A program made the translations under genes and the position numbers. DNA of 54,305 nucleotides from Chitinophagaceae bacterium (GTDB lineage: Bacteria > Bacteroidota > Bacteroidia > Chitinophagales > Chitinophagaceae). Each line of letters begins with the position of its first letter. The first letter of the stretch is position 1. The stretch lies in NCBI GenBank assembly GCA_044351575.1, contig JBILFN010000001.1:1-54305 (forward strand), read 5' to 3'. The notes below the pieces were generated by a model. It saw only the letters and a list, made by a program, of their open reading frames with translations, had not been told where the DNA came from and ran no database searches. This document shows positions 18,937 through 28,146 of this stretch, piece after piece.

Positions 18937-19731
18937 ATGATCATCAAATCTGCCATAGAGATCGAATGTATGCGTCAGTCGGCCCTGATGGTAAGTCGTG
19001 CCCTCACCGAAGTGGCACACGTGCTTCGTCCGGGCATTACCACATTGTGGCTCGATCAACTGATCGGTACTTTTATTCGGGACAATGGAGCCATTCCCTC
19101 GTTTCTAAATTATCATGGGTATCCCTATAATTCTTGTCTGTCTGTCAATGACGTGGTCGTTCATGGCTTTCCGACCAAGAACGAGCTAAAGGAAGGCGAC
19201 ATCATATCGGTCGATATCGGCGCCTTTTACCAGGGATGGCACGGCGATCATGCCTATTGCTTCGCTATTGGCGATCCGGGGCCCGAGGTGATGCAGCTGA
19301 TCAAGGTAACCAAGGAGTCGCTCTACCAGGGCATAGAAAAAGCAGTGGCCGGAAATAGGGTAGGAGATATCTCGTTCGCCATTCAGGCGCACACCGAAAA
19401 GAAATACGGATATGGCGTGGTTCGCGAATTGGTCGGTCATGGGTTGGGCCGAGACCTGCACGAAGATCCCCAGGTGCCTAACTATGGAAAAAGAGGAACG
19501 GGTCCTAAATTAAAGGAGGGGGTGGTGTTGGCCATTGAGCCCATGATCAATTTGGGAAAGAAAGAAGTCTACACCGCCTCTGATGGTTGGACCGTTCGCA
19601 CCAAGGATGGTAAGCCTTCCGTTCATTTTGAGCATGATGTATGCGTTCAAAAAGATCGCGCCGATATCTTATCGGATTACACCGGCATTGAAGCGGCCGA
19701 GAAGGCCAACGCCAATTTATTTACTACATAA
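18937..19731 (+). CDS. map: type I methionine aminopeptidase
   Basis: SVNDVVVHG, DIG...GD, GHGLG...HEDP, AIEPMIN, HFEH. Confidence 0.97.
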   Translation: MIIKSAIEIECMRQSALMVSRALTEVAHVLRPGITTLWLDQLIGTFIRDNGAIPSFLNYHGYPYNSCLSVNDVVVHGFPTKNELKEGDIISVDIGAFYQGWHGDHAYCFAIGDPGPEVMQLIKVTKESLYQGIEKAVAGNRVGDISFAIQAHTEKKYGYGVVRELVGHGLGRDLHEDPQVPNYGKRGTGPKLKEGVVLAIEPMINLGKKEVYTASDGWTVRTKDGKPSVHFEHDVCVQKDRADILSDYTGIEAAEKANANLFTT

Positions 19732-19752
19732 CTTAATCGTACGGCTACCGCT

Positions 19753-21048
19753 ATGAGTTTACCCGCACAGCAAAGACTGGTCGTGATCGGGGGCGGGGCC
19801 GCCGGGTTGTTCTGTGCGGTCAATGCTGCAAGGCTGGCTCCATCACTGCAAGTGATCTTGCTTGAGAAGTCGAACAAATTATTGGCAAAGGTCAAGATAA
19901 GCGGAGGGGGTCGTTGCAATGTGACGCATGCCTGTTTCGAACGACAGGACCTTCCCGGATATTATCCGCGTGGCGCGCAATTCGTAAAGCGCTACCTGCA
20001 TTCTTTTTTTACCACCGATACCATCGATTGGTTCGCGTCCAGAGGGGTGCAATTGAAAACAGAACTCGATGGCAGGATGTTTCCCGTAACGGACAGCTCT
20101 CAAACCATTATCGATGTTTTGCTGCAAGAGGCGGCCCTCTATGGGGTCGATATCAGATTAAAAACCGGGGTACACCATATAGAAACGGGAGCATCAGTGC
20201 GGTCGTTCCCCTTGATCGTGCACACCCAGCAGGGAGAGTCGATCGAAGCCGACTTCTGTTGCATTGCCTGCGGCGGATTTACGCAGTCAGCCTCTTTCGA
20301 CTGGATCAGACAACTGGGGCATAGTATCGAAGCGCCGGTTCCCTCTCTTTTTACCTTCAACGCACCCACGCATCCATTGGTCTCTTTACAGGGGGTATCG
20401 GTACCACACGTAAGTGTAAAGCTTAGTGGCACCAAACTGATACAGACGGGCCCTGTGCTCATTACCCATTGGGGATTGAGTGGTCCGGCCGTGTTGAAGT
20501 TGAGTGCCTATGGGGCTCGTGAGTTAGCTGCAAGAAACTATAGCTTCGATATTCAGCTCAATTGGCTGGGCCGATCTGATCAGACCGCTGCATCGATCTC
20601 GGTTTTCTTTGCCGATCAGCGAAGACTTCACCCTGCTCAAAAGATGACCAACGGAAAATTGCAGGCGATTCCCCAGCGATTGTGGGAATTCTTTTTGTCG
20701 CAAGCCGGCATCCCGGCCGATCGACGATGGGCCGACCTTTCTCGTCGAGAAGAAAATCAGCTGATACGTCTGCTCACCGATATGTCCATTCACATAGAGG
20801 GAAAGACCACGTTCAAGGAAGAATTTGTAACAGCGGGCGGGGTAGCCTTATCGGCTATCGACCCATCTACCATGATGAGCAAGAAAGTACCTTCTCTTTT
20901 TTTTGCCGGGGAGGTCATGGACGTGGACGGCATTACCGGTGGATTTAATTTTCAACATGCCTGGAGTAGTGGAATGCTGGCCGCTCGCGCTATAGCGAGC
21001 GCGGCCACAAAGGGGCCCTCGCTCACCGATGGTCGAACTGGGGTTTGA
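19753..21048 (+). CDS. HI0933/BaiN (YhiN)-family flavoprotein
   Basis: GGGAAG FAD motif, KISGGGRCNVT, GRMFP, THWGLSGPAVL, VTAGGV, GEVMDVDGITGGFN. Confidence 0.92.
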   Translation: MSLPAQQRLVVIGGGAAGLFCAVNAARLAPSLQVILLEKSNKLLAKVKISGGGRCNVTHACFERQDLPGYYPRGAQFVKRYLHSFFTTDTIDWFASRGVQLKTELDGRMFPVTDSSQTIIDVLLQEAALYGVDIRLKTGVHHIETGASVRSFPLIVHTQQGESIEADFCCIACGGFTQSASFDWIRQLGHSIEAPVPSLFTFNAPTHPLVSLQGVSVPHVSVKLSGTKLIQTGPVLITHWGLSGPAVLKLSAYGARELAARNYSFDIQLNWLGRSDQTAASISVFFADQRRLHPAQKMTNGKLQAIPQRLWEFFLSQAGIPADRRWADLSRREENQLIRLLTDMSIHIEGKTTFKEEFVTAGGVALSAIDPSTMMSKKVPSLFFAGEVMDVDGITGGFNFQHAWSSGMLAARAIASAATKGPSLTDGRTGV

Positions 21049-21994
21049 TGCGTACCCGGCACCAGGCACAAAACGGAGCGGCGATCAGCAGGGCCAGTGC
21101 GGCATAAATAGAATGCGTGCTCCACCAAAGCAGTCCGCACATCAACAGTAAATAGACCGGATATAGCAAGAGCAGTAAGCTGCTGACTACCGAATCGTAG
21201 TGGCCCGTTCTATCGAAATAATGCAAGGCTATCTTTTGAATGGGTTTGTACAGTGGCCAGTGAAAAAGCTGGCCGGCCCGCGCCGGTACATACCAAACGA
21301 TCTTTTCGAAAGGCGAAACTGCAACGCCTAGTTTTTTTTCAAGCATAGGCTTATCGTGCTTGTCGATCTCATACACTAATGGCTGTAGTCGTTGCAGCAG
21401 CAGCTGGTTAAATGCGTTCAGGCGTTGTCCATCGGTCGTATCTGCTGGAACATCGTAGGCGTGAATAGGTTCGCCGATATTGATGTCTACGTTTTTTCCA
21501 ATGCTGCGAAACGAACTGTAGTTGAGGCCAACGGGTACTACGGTAAGAGGTATACCCGCTTCCCAGGTCTGTATGGCCAAGCGGGCCGTTCCTTTCTTTA
21601 ATGGACGCAAGTGCCACTCGTTTACGCAGCGTGCTTCGCTATAGATGGTCACAATTTGATCTTGTCGAAAAAGGGCCACGCACGCATCAAAGGTTTGATA
21701 GTTGATGCTTAGGTTCGAGACGCCCTCGCTGCTGCGGTATACGGGCAGTATGTTCAGTTTACGTAATAAACGAGCATGGGTTTTATTGCGAAAGGCATCT
21801 CCTCGGGCCAGGGCCCAGACAGGGGCTTCAAAGAGCAGATCGAGTAAGATGGAATCCAAAAAGGAGTTGGGATGATTGACCGCCAAAAGCATGGGGCCAC
21901 GGCGCTTGAGCATTCCCGGATCGCTGATGCGGATGCGTCTGCATAATATCTTGATTGCCAGTCTTCCGGCAAGCTTTATGGAGGCGTAAAGCAA
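21023..21994 (-). CDS. PlsC-like phospholipid/glycerol acyltransferase with C-terminal membrane helices
   Basis: NHPNSFLD (HxxxxD), LKKGTAR, VPVGLNY; start probably the TTG at 21994, since the longer ORF runs into the rpsA promoter and start. Confidence 0.85.
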   Translation of the reverse strand: MLYASIKLAGRLAIKILCRRIRISDPGMLKRRGPMLLAVNHPNSFLDSILLDLLFEAPVWALARGDAFRNKTHARLLRKLNILPVYRSSEGVSNLSINYQTFDACVALFRQDQIVTIYSEARCVNEWHLRPLKKGTARLAIQTWEAGIPLTVVPVGLNYSSFRSIGKNVDINIGEPIHAYDVPADTTDGQRLNAFNQLLLQRLQPLVYEIDKHDKPMLEKKLGVAVSPFEKIVWYVPARAGQLFHWPLYKPIQKIALHYFDRTGHYDSVVSSLLLLLYPVYLLLMCGLLWWSTHSIYAALALLIAAPFCAWCRVRIKPQFDHR

Positions 21995-22029
21995 GGGTCG
22001 ATTTTTAGTGAAAATAGCGATAATAGCCG

Positions 22030-22037
22030 TATCTTTG
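22030..22037 (+). promoter_or_regulatory. -7 promoter box (TATCTTTG) for rpsA
   Basis: Exact TAnnTTTG 33 nt upstream of ATG 22071. Confidence 0.7.
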
Positions 22038-22070
22038 CCACCCCGAAATAAAACCCTCGGGAACGATATC

Positions 22071-23972
22071 ATGTTTGAAAACAAAATTCCCAAACAACTA
22101 AACGCTGATGCACAGGAGCAGGCTACCGAATTATCGGCCGCCGCTGCAGCGACAACAACAGCACCTGTGTCGAGTGTTTCCAGCGCTCATGATGATTTTG
22201 ACTGGAGTGTCGATAAGCGTAATGTAACCTCGTACTCCGACGCAGAGAAAGAGAAGTATCACAAAGTGTACGAGAACACCTTCGTTCAATTGAGCGACGG
22301 AGAACTGATCAAAGGAATCGTTGTTGGTCTTACCAAGACCGACGTGGTCCTGAACATCGGATTCAAGAGCGACGGACTTATTTCTCTTAATGAATTTCGC
22401 GACCTGCCTGCCCTCGCCATTGGTGATGAGGTAGAGGTAATGATCGTAGAAAAAGAAGACCGCGACGGACATTTGAACCTCAGTCGCCGTCAGGCTCGTA
22501 TTACTCGTGCATGGGAGCGTATCGTAGAGGTGCACAAGACCGGAGAGGTTATTACAGGTACTGTTACCTCCAAGACCAAAGGAGGATTGATCGTGGATGT
22601 ATTCGGCATGGAGACCTTCTTGCCCGGATCGCAGATCGATGTTAAGCCTGTTACCGATTACGACCAGTTCGTGGGTAAGACCATGGAGTTTAAGGTCGTT
22701 AAGATCAACGAAGCCATCAAGAACGCCGTTGTTTCGCACAAGGCGCTTATTGAAAGTGATATAGAGGCCCAGCGCGCTCAGATCATGAGCAAGCTCGAAA
22801 AAGGCCAGGTGCTAGAAGGAACCGTAAAGAACATCACCGATTTTGGTGCCTTTATGGACCTGGGTGGTCTCGACGGACTGTTGTACATCACCGACATCTC
22901 ATGGGGACGTATCTCTCATCCTTCCGAAGTACTCAAGCTCGATCAAAAGATCAATGTGGTGGTACTCGACTTCGATGACGAGAAGCGCCGCATCAGCCTT
23001 GGTCTGAAGCAACTCACCCCACATCCTTGGGATGTGCTGGGCGATGCTATCGCCGAAGGAAATGTGGTCAAAGGCCGCGTAGTGAACATCGAAGACTATG
23101 GCGCGTTCCTCGAAATTCAAGCTGGTGTAGAAGGGTTGGTGCACGTATCGGAGATCACGTGGGCCAATACTCCCATCAATGCCAAAGAATTCTTTAAGCT
23201 CGGCGATGAGCACGAAGCCAAGATCGTAACCCTCGATAAAGACAGCCGTAAGATGAGCTTGTCGATCAAGCAGCTCACGGCCGATCCCTGGAATGATATC
23301 GAAGTTAAATTCCCCGAAGGAAGCCGTCACGACGGACTTGTCAAGAATATCACCAACTATGGTGTATTCGTAGAGTTGGCGCCCGGCATCGGTGGAATGA
23401 TCCATATCAGCGATCTAAGCTGGCTCAAGCGTTTCAATCACCCCACCGAGTATACCAAGGTTGGTCAGCACATCGATGTGATGATCTTGGGTATCGACAA
23501 GGACAACCGTAAGCTGCAATTGGGACATAAGCAACTCGAAGAAGATCCTTGGAATCAGTTGCAAGAGACCTTTGCTATCGGAACGCTCCACGAAGGGTTG
23601 GTAATTCGTCGCGATGACAAAGGGGCTACCGTACAGTTGCCTTTTGGACTCGAAGGATTCGCTCCTAATCGTCACTTGGCCAAACAAGATGGCAAGAGCA
23701 TCGCTGCCGACGAGACCGCTTCTTTTATGGTCATTGAATTCGATCGCAACGAAAAGCGTATCGTACTTTCTCATACACGCATTTGGGAGCAAGGAAAAGA
23801 AGAAGAGGCAGAACAAGCCAAGAAAGAGGTGCGTGCTGATGCAGAAAAGACCAAGAAGGCCGTCAAGAACATTCAGGGTAAAGTTGAAAAAGCCACATTG
23901 GGCGACCTGGGTGTACTGGCCGATCTCAAGAAAAAAATGCAAGAGGGCGGAGAAGAAAAAGCTCCCGAATAA
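22071..23972 (+). CDS. rpsA: 30S ribosomal protein S1
   Basis: Repeated S1 domains (VKNITDFGAF, GLLYITDISW, RISLGLKQL); C-terminal ATLGDL. Confidence 0.98.
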   Translation: MFENKIPKQLNADAQEQATELSAAAAATTTAPVSSVSSAHDDFDWSVDKRNVTSYSDAEKEKYHKVYENTFVQLSDGELIKGIVVGLTKTDVVLNIGFKSDGLISLNEFRDLPALAIGDEVEVMIVEKEDRDGHLNLSRRQARITRAWERIVEVHKTGEVITGTVTSKTKGGLIVDVFGMETFLPGSQIDVKPVTDYDQFVGKTMEFKVVKINEAIKNAVVSHKALIESDIEAQRAQIMSKLEKGQVLEGTVKNITDFGAFMDLGGLDGLLYITDISWGRISHPSEVLKLDQKINVVVLDFDDEKRRISLGLKQLTPHPWDVLGDAIAEGNVVKGRVVNIEDYGAFLEIQAGVEGLVHVSEITWANTPINAKEFFKLGDEHEAKIVTLDKDSRKMSLSIKQLTADPWNDIEVKFPEGSRHDGLVKNITNYGVFVELAPGIGGMIHISDLSWLKRFNHPTEYTKVGQHIDVMILGIDKDNRKLQLGHKQLEEDPWNQLQETFAIGTLHEGLVIRRDDKGATVQLPFGLEGFAPNRHLAKQDGKSIAADETASFMVIEFDRNEKRIVLSHTRIWEQGKEEEAEQAKKEVRADAEKTKKAVKNIQGKVEKATLGDLGVLADLKKKMQEGGEEKAPE

Positions 23973-23993
23973 GTTCTCTTGTTCACGTAGATC

Positions 23994-24028
23994 AAAAGGC
24001 TGTCTCGAAAGAGGCAGCCTTTTGTTTT
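23994..24028 (+). terminator. intrinsic terminator after rpsA
   Basis: AAAAGGCTGTCTC-GAAA-GAGGCAGCCTTTT hairpin with a GNRA loop and T tract. Confidence 0.9.
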
Positions 24029-24049
24029 AAGCAATAGCGCCGGGCTTGT

Positions 24050-24057
24050 TATATTTG
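24050..24057 (+). promoter_or_regulatory. -7 promoter box (TATATTTG)
   Basis: TAnnTTTG right after the rpsA terminator, 18 nt upstream of ATG 24076. Confidence 0.6.
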
Positions 24058-24075
24058 TTGACCAGTAGTTACAAC

Positions 24076-24849
24076 ATGGCATCCATTCTCAGCAGAGCGA
24101 TCAAGTTTAATCCCATCCGAAAATTCGTTTTTTTGGTGGTGGGGCTGGCCAGTTATCCGGGACTTGCCTGGGTCAATCGTCTAACGATCAGCGGCACGGA
24201 GCATCTTAAAAATTTGCCGAAACAAAAAGTACTCTTCGTCAGCAACCATCAAACGTATTTTGCCGACGTCATCACCTTCTTTCACATTTTCTGTGCGGTC
24301 AAGTGGGGTAAGCGTAATCGGTTAGGATTGCCTTACTACTTGCTGAATCCCTTTACCCGCGTCAATTATGTAGCGGCGGTAGAGACCATGAAAAATAATT
24401 TGCTGTCGCGGTTGTTTTTGCTGGCCGGAGGTATAACTGTAAAGAGAACCTGGAGGGCCGAGGGCAAGGATGTACGCAGAGGGTTAGATCCGTCCGATAC
24501 GCGCAAGATAACCCGGGCACTAGATCGAAATTGGGTCATTACCTTTCCACAGGGAACCACTAAGCCCTTTGCTCCTGGAAGAAAAGGAACGGCGCTGATC
24601 ATTAAGGAGGTGCGGCCGATCGTAATTCCGGTGGTGATCGGTGGATTCTGGCGTGCCTTCAATAAAAAGGGGCTGCGGTTCAAGAAAAAAGGAACCAGGT
24701 TGAGTGTACAATTCAAAGCCCCATTATCTATCGATTACGAAGCCTCGGCCGAGCAGATCATGGACCAGATCATGGACGCCATTGAACAGAGTAAGGAATT
24801 TATGTTACAAGGGCGCCATCACCGATTGGCCGTATCGGCAGGTAATTAG
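24076..24849 (+). CDS. lysophospholipid acyltransferase family protein
   Basis: SNHQTYFAD (HxxxxD), TFPQGTT, RKGTA, PVVIGG. Confidence 0.88.
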   Translation: MASILSRAIKFNPIRKFVFLVVGLASYPGLAWVNRLTISGTEHLKNLPKQKVLFVSNHQTYFADVITFFHIFCAVKWGKRNRLGLPYYLLNPFTRVNYVAAVETMKNNLLSRLFLLAGGITVKRTWRAEGKDVRRGLDPSDTRKITRALDRNWVITFPQGTTKPFAPGRKGTALIIKEVRPIVIPVVIGGFWRAFNKKGLRFKKKGTRLSVQFKAPLSIDYEASAEQIMDQIMDAIEQSKEFMLQGRHHRLAVSAGN

Positions 24850-25361
24850 TCTTTTAAAAAAAGTGCTTTTAGTTCAGCCGCATCATCCGGCTTCATCTTG
24901 CCTCCGAGTATCAGCCGCAGTTGCCTGCGTCGAAGGGCGCCCTCGAAAAGTTTCTTCTCTTCGTCGGTCTCGGCAATAACGGCAGGAACAGGTCGAGGTT
25001 TTCTATTGGGGTCGAGCGCCACAAAGGTGTAGTAGGCCTCGTTACTCTTATAGCGATACTGTTGAATTAGATCTTCTCCCCACACGCGCAAATGAATTTC
25101 CATCGAACTGGTAAAGGCACGGGTGATCTTTGCTTCTATGTGCACGGTATTGCCCAGTTTGATGGGGTTTTCGAACGAGATATTGTCGACCGACGCGGTT
25201 ACACAGGGAACGTTGCAATGTTTTTGGGCTGCCAGGGCTGCGGCAATGTCCATCCAGTACATGAGTCTTCCTCCCATCAAATTGCCAAAGAGGTTAGTGT
25301 CATTGGGAAGCACCAACTCGGTCATAAGGGTTAAACTATCGATCGCTCGCTTGGTATCCAT
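24846..25361 (-). CDS. acyl-CoA thioesterase (hotdog fold, YciA-like)
   Basis: VLPNDTNLFGNLMGGRLMYWMD, VTASVDNISF, YYTFVALD. Confidence 0.92.
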   Translation of the reverse strand: MDTKRAIDSLTLMTELVLPNDTNLFGNLMGGRLMYWMDIAAALAAQKHCNVPCVTASVDNISFENPIKLGNTVHIEAKITRAFTSSMEIHLRVWGEDLIQQYRYKSNEAYYTFVALDPNRKPRPVPAVIAETDEEKKLFEGALRRRQLRLILGGKMKPDDAAELKALFLKD

Positions 25362-25374
25362 ACATTTCTTTTCA

Positions 25375-25382
25375 CAAAGATA
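25375..25382 (-). promoter_or_regulatory. -7 promoter box (TATCTTTG, minus strand) for the thioesterase
   Basis: Exact TAnnTTTG 13 nt upstream of the start codon. Confidence 0.6.
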
Positions 25383-25417
25383 ACATTAGAAAGGCGATCG
25401 ATGCCATTAAGCGTTAC

Positions 25418-26548
25418 TCAATGAAAAGCGGCAGTTTGCAACGAGGCGGCCTTCAGTGACTTGAGATGGTGACCGGCCTTTTTCCAAAAGCCGAAGAAAG
25501 AGGGGTAAAAGCGCGTTACTTCCGGAAACATCCAGTCGCGTGCGTCCTTGATGCCCGGTATATGTTGGTAAGAGGGGTGCTCACGTGTGTGGATCGCTGG
25601 CACCTGGTACGCAAAAGGAATATCGCTGAACTCGCCGCAAAACACTTGAATGCCTTCTATATTTTCGGCAAGTGCCATAATAAAATCAATTACTTTCTTG
25701 CTAACGGGGTGTTCCTTGAAATGTGAGGGTTCCAGTAACAGAACCCGATTGGCGGGTTCGTCAGATCTCCAGGCCGGATCTAAATGGTACGGATGAAACA
25801 CATGCAGTGGCAAGGCAGGGTCGATCGAGGGTAGCGGAGTACCTGGCAACTCGGTGATCAGAGAAGGGCGCTCGGTTTTTTGTAAAAGGGGCGGGCACTC
25901 CAGTTGAGGCAATGCATTATAATCCAAGTCGAGTAGCGTATGTTGCTGGCGAGTATGACAATACTTATTGATGTTCTCTTGATTGCAATAATATTTTTTC
26001 GACGAAAAACTACCGGCTACCCATTGCCAGCTACAGGTATTGCTGGCCAGGTCGCCATCGAGCAGGTGATAGTACATCCACTGTGAGGGAAGCTTCCAAT
26101 ACGATTTGGCGATATTGCAAGTAAGGCTGGCCGTGTACATGCGCAAGTGATTATGCATGTATCCGGTACGGTAAAGTGTTTCAATCCCTTGGTCGATGGC
26201 TTCTATGCCGGTGCAGGCATTGACGATGGCCGACGGAAGGGCCGAAGACGATAACGGAGTGCGGTTAACGCGAATATCATCGAACATGTCATCGCCCAGA
26301 TTTTGCCAAACGCGCTGAAAATATTCACGCCAGGCCAATTCTTGCAAAAAGCGTTGGATCTGATCGGGTGCATAACCTTTCGAAAGTACAGCAGTGGCTA
26401 CCTGGCGGGTCGAGATCACACCCCGCGAGAGATAGGGTGATAGGTAAGTAACATCGCCATCTACATAGTTGCGGGTCTGGCCGTAGGCCACGGGGTCAAT
26501 GCGGTCGATCCTTTCCAGGATAGAGGCTATGTCGGTAGGGAATGTCAT
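25418..26548 (-). CDS. short photolyase with an N-terminal FAD-binding domain (NewPHL-like inverted domain order)
   Basis: YGQTRNY..LSPYLSRGVIS near the N-terminus, then ELAWREY, GYMHNHLRM, LLDGDLASNTCSWQWVAG; ATG at 26548 preferred. Confidence 0.8.
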   Translation of the reverse strand: MTFPTDIASILERIDRIDPVAYGQTRNYVDGDVTYLSPYLSRGVISTRQVATAVLSKGYAPDQIQRFLQELAWREYFQRVWQNLGDDMFDDIRVNRTPLSSSALPSAIVNACTGIEAIDQGIETLYRTGYMHNHLRMYTASLTCNIAKSYWKLPSQWMYYHLLDGDLASNTCSWQWVAGSFSSKKYYCNQENINKYCHTRQQHTLLDLDYNALPQLECPPLLQKTERPSLITELPGTPLPSIDPALPLHVFHPYHLDPAWRSDEPANRVLLLEPSHFKEHPVSKKVIDFIMALAENIEGIQVFCGEFSDIPFAYQVPAIHTREHPSYQHIPGIKDARDWMFPEVTRFYPSFFGFWKKAGHHLKSLKAASLQTAAFH

Positions 26549-26574
26549 GTTATTATATTTCAACAAACGGCTTG

Positions 26575-28092
26575 CTATTTGGTTGCATCGAGTTGTTGCA
26601 AGAATTGACCGGCTAGCCGAAGGTGGGTGGTCTTTTTGTCCGGGTCCATTTTATCCCAGGTCTTTAGCAGCATGCCGAGCCTGGGATTTTTTGAAAAGAA
26701 ACTGCGGTGCGTGTGCATAAAGCGCCAAAATAGACCGTCCCAAACAGCGGCCCAGCTAACGGTTTCGTTAGTAGGCAGGGTAAGGGTGATTTTCTTATCC
26801 CAATCGCCCATTTTAAGCAGGTAATTGCTGCCGCTGATGTAGGGCTTAGAGGTCATGATGCCGCCATCGGCAAATTGGGTCATGCCGTAAACATTAGGGA
26901 CCATGACCCAATCATAGCTGTCGATAAAAAAGACCATGAACCATTCATATACCTGGTCGGGATCGAACTCGCACAGCAACATAAAATTGCCCAGTACCAT
27001 CAATCTCTCGATGTGATGCGCGTATGCATGGTGTTGCAATCTGTCGATTAGTACGTCAATGGGTCTGATGCCCGTGGTGCCCTTCCAAAAAGAGGCGGGT
27101 ATCTTTCGGGTAAAATTCCAATAATTACAGGTGCGTTGCCGAACCCCCTCCCGCTCGTAAACGATACGAATAAATTCTCTCCACCCCATTATCTGTCTGC
27201 CAAAGCCCTCCAGTGAGGCCATGGGGATGTTGTGCTGTTGGGCGTAGTGCGTAGCCTTATCCAGCACCTCCTGGGGTGTCAACAGTCCGATGTTCAGCGC
27301 CGGAGAGAGTACGGAGTGATGCAGCCATGTTTGTTTTTCTTGCATGGCATCTTCGTAAGCGCCAAATTCTTCGAAGCGCTGCGTTAAAAACAGATCGAGC
27401 TGCAAAAGAGCTTCTTTACGAGTAACGGGATAGCAAAATTGATCGGTAGCGCCCGGATGTGAACTAAACTGCCCGTGGGCATACTGTACGGCCTCTTTTA
27501 CAAATGTGTTTGCTGGTATCGGGTAAGCGGCAGGGGCTTTTTTATTCTTGGGATAAGGTTTTCTATTGTCTGTGTCAAAGGTCCACTTGTCTCCAACGGG
27601 TTGCTTATCGTTTTTTAATAGCCACTTTCGCTGCTTACGTTGTTGAATGTAAAAGTCGGTTTGAAAATAGGTCTTGCGGTTATCGAAGTATTCTTTTACC
27701 TCATCGAGTCGGTTCAGAAATGCAGGAGAGGGATAGTTGATGAGCGTTATGCCGGTCAGCGCGGTCGTTTCGCGCAATCGTTTTTCGATCCAGTGATCGA
27801 CCGTGTCTGCATAGTGAACGGTCTTGATCTTTTGGCTGGACAGTGATCGTATCAGTTGTCGTAGGTCGGCTGTTTTTTGCCGGGCCTCCACATAGTGCAC
27901 TTGATATCCTTTTTGTTCCAGCGCTTGTGCGTAGGCTTTCATCGAAGCCCGGTGCAGTACTATCTTTTGCAGGTGAAAAGGGTATTGTGTAAAGAACAGC
28001 GACTCTTCGACCAGCCATACCGGTCTGTTCTTTTGCAGGGCGGGGTGCGCTTCAAAAAGTTGGTGAGGAAAGATCAGGCTAATGGCAGACAT
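26575..28092 (-). CDS. cryptochrome/photolyase family protein (PhrB/COG3046-like (6-4) photolyase clade)
   Basis: IFPHQLF, WTFDTDNRK, FGAYEDAM, HSVLSPALNIGLL, RQIMGWREF, YAHHIERLM, DSYDWVMVPNV, KPYISGSNY. Confidence 0.9.
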   Translation of the reverse strand: MSAISLIFPHQLFEAHPALQKNRPVWLVEESLFFTQYPFHLQKIVLHRASMKAYAQALEQKGYQVHYVEARQKTADLRQLIRSLSSQKIKTVHYADTVDHWIEKRLRETTALTGITLINYPSPAFLNRLDEVKEYFDNRKTYFQTDFYIQQRKQRKWLLKNDKQPVGDKWTFDTDNRKPYPKNKKAPAAYPIPANTFVKEAVQYAHGQFSSHPGATDQFCYPVTRKEALLQLDLFLTQRFEEFGAYEDAMQEKQTWLHHSVLSPALNIGLLTPQEVLDKATHYAQQHNIPMASLEGFGRQIMGWREFIRIVYEREGVRQRTCNYWNFTRKIPASFWKGTTGIRPIDVLIDRLQHHAYAHHIERLMVLGNFMLLCEFDPDQVYEWFMVFFIDSYDWVMVPNVYGMTQFADGGIMTSKPYISGSNYLLKMGDWDKKITLTLPTNETVSWAAVWDGLFWRFMHTHRSFFSKNPRLGMLLKTWDKMDPDKKTTHLRLAGQFLQQLDATK

Positions 28093-28146
28093 ACCAAGGT
28101 TGAGTAAACAATTGATTGGCGTAATTGTTCTTGTTCAAACTATCTT

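Noticed and set aside
21991-22007. GCAAGGGTCGATTTTTA near the rpsA promoter shares 10-mers with the fusA-rpsJ element
   Set aside because: 10-nt matches are expected by chance when comparing a ~250-nt element with 54 kb on both strands.
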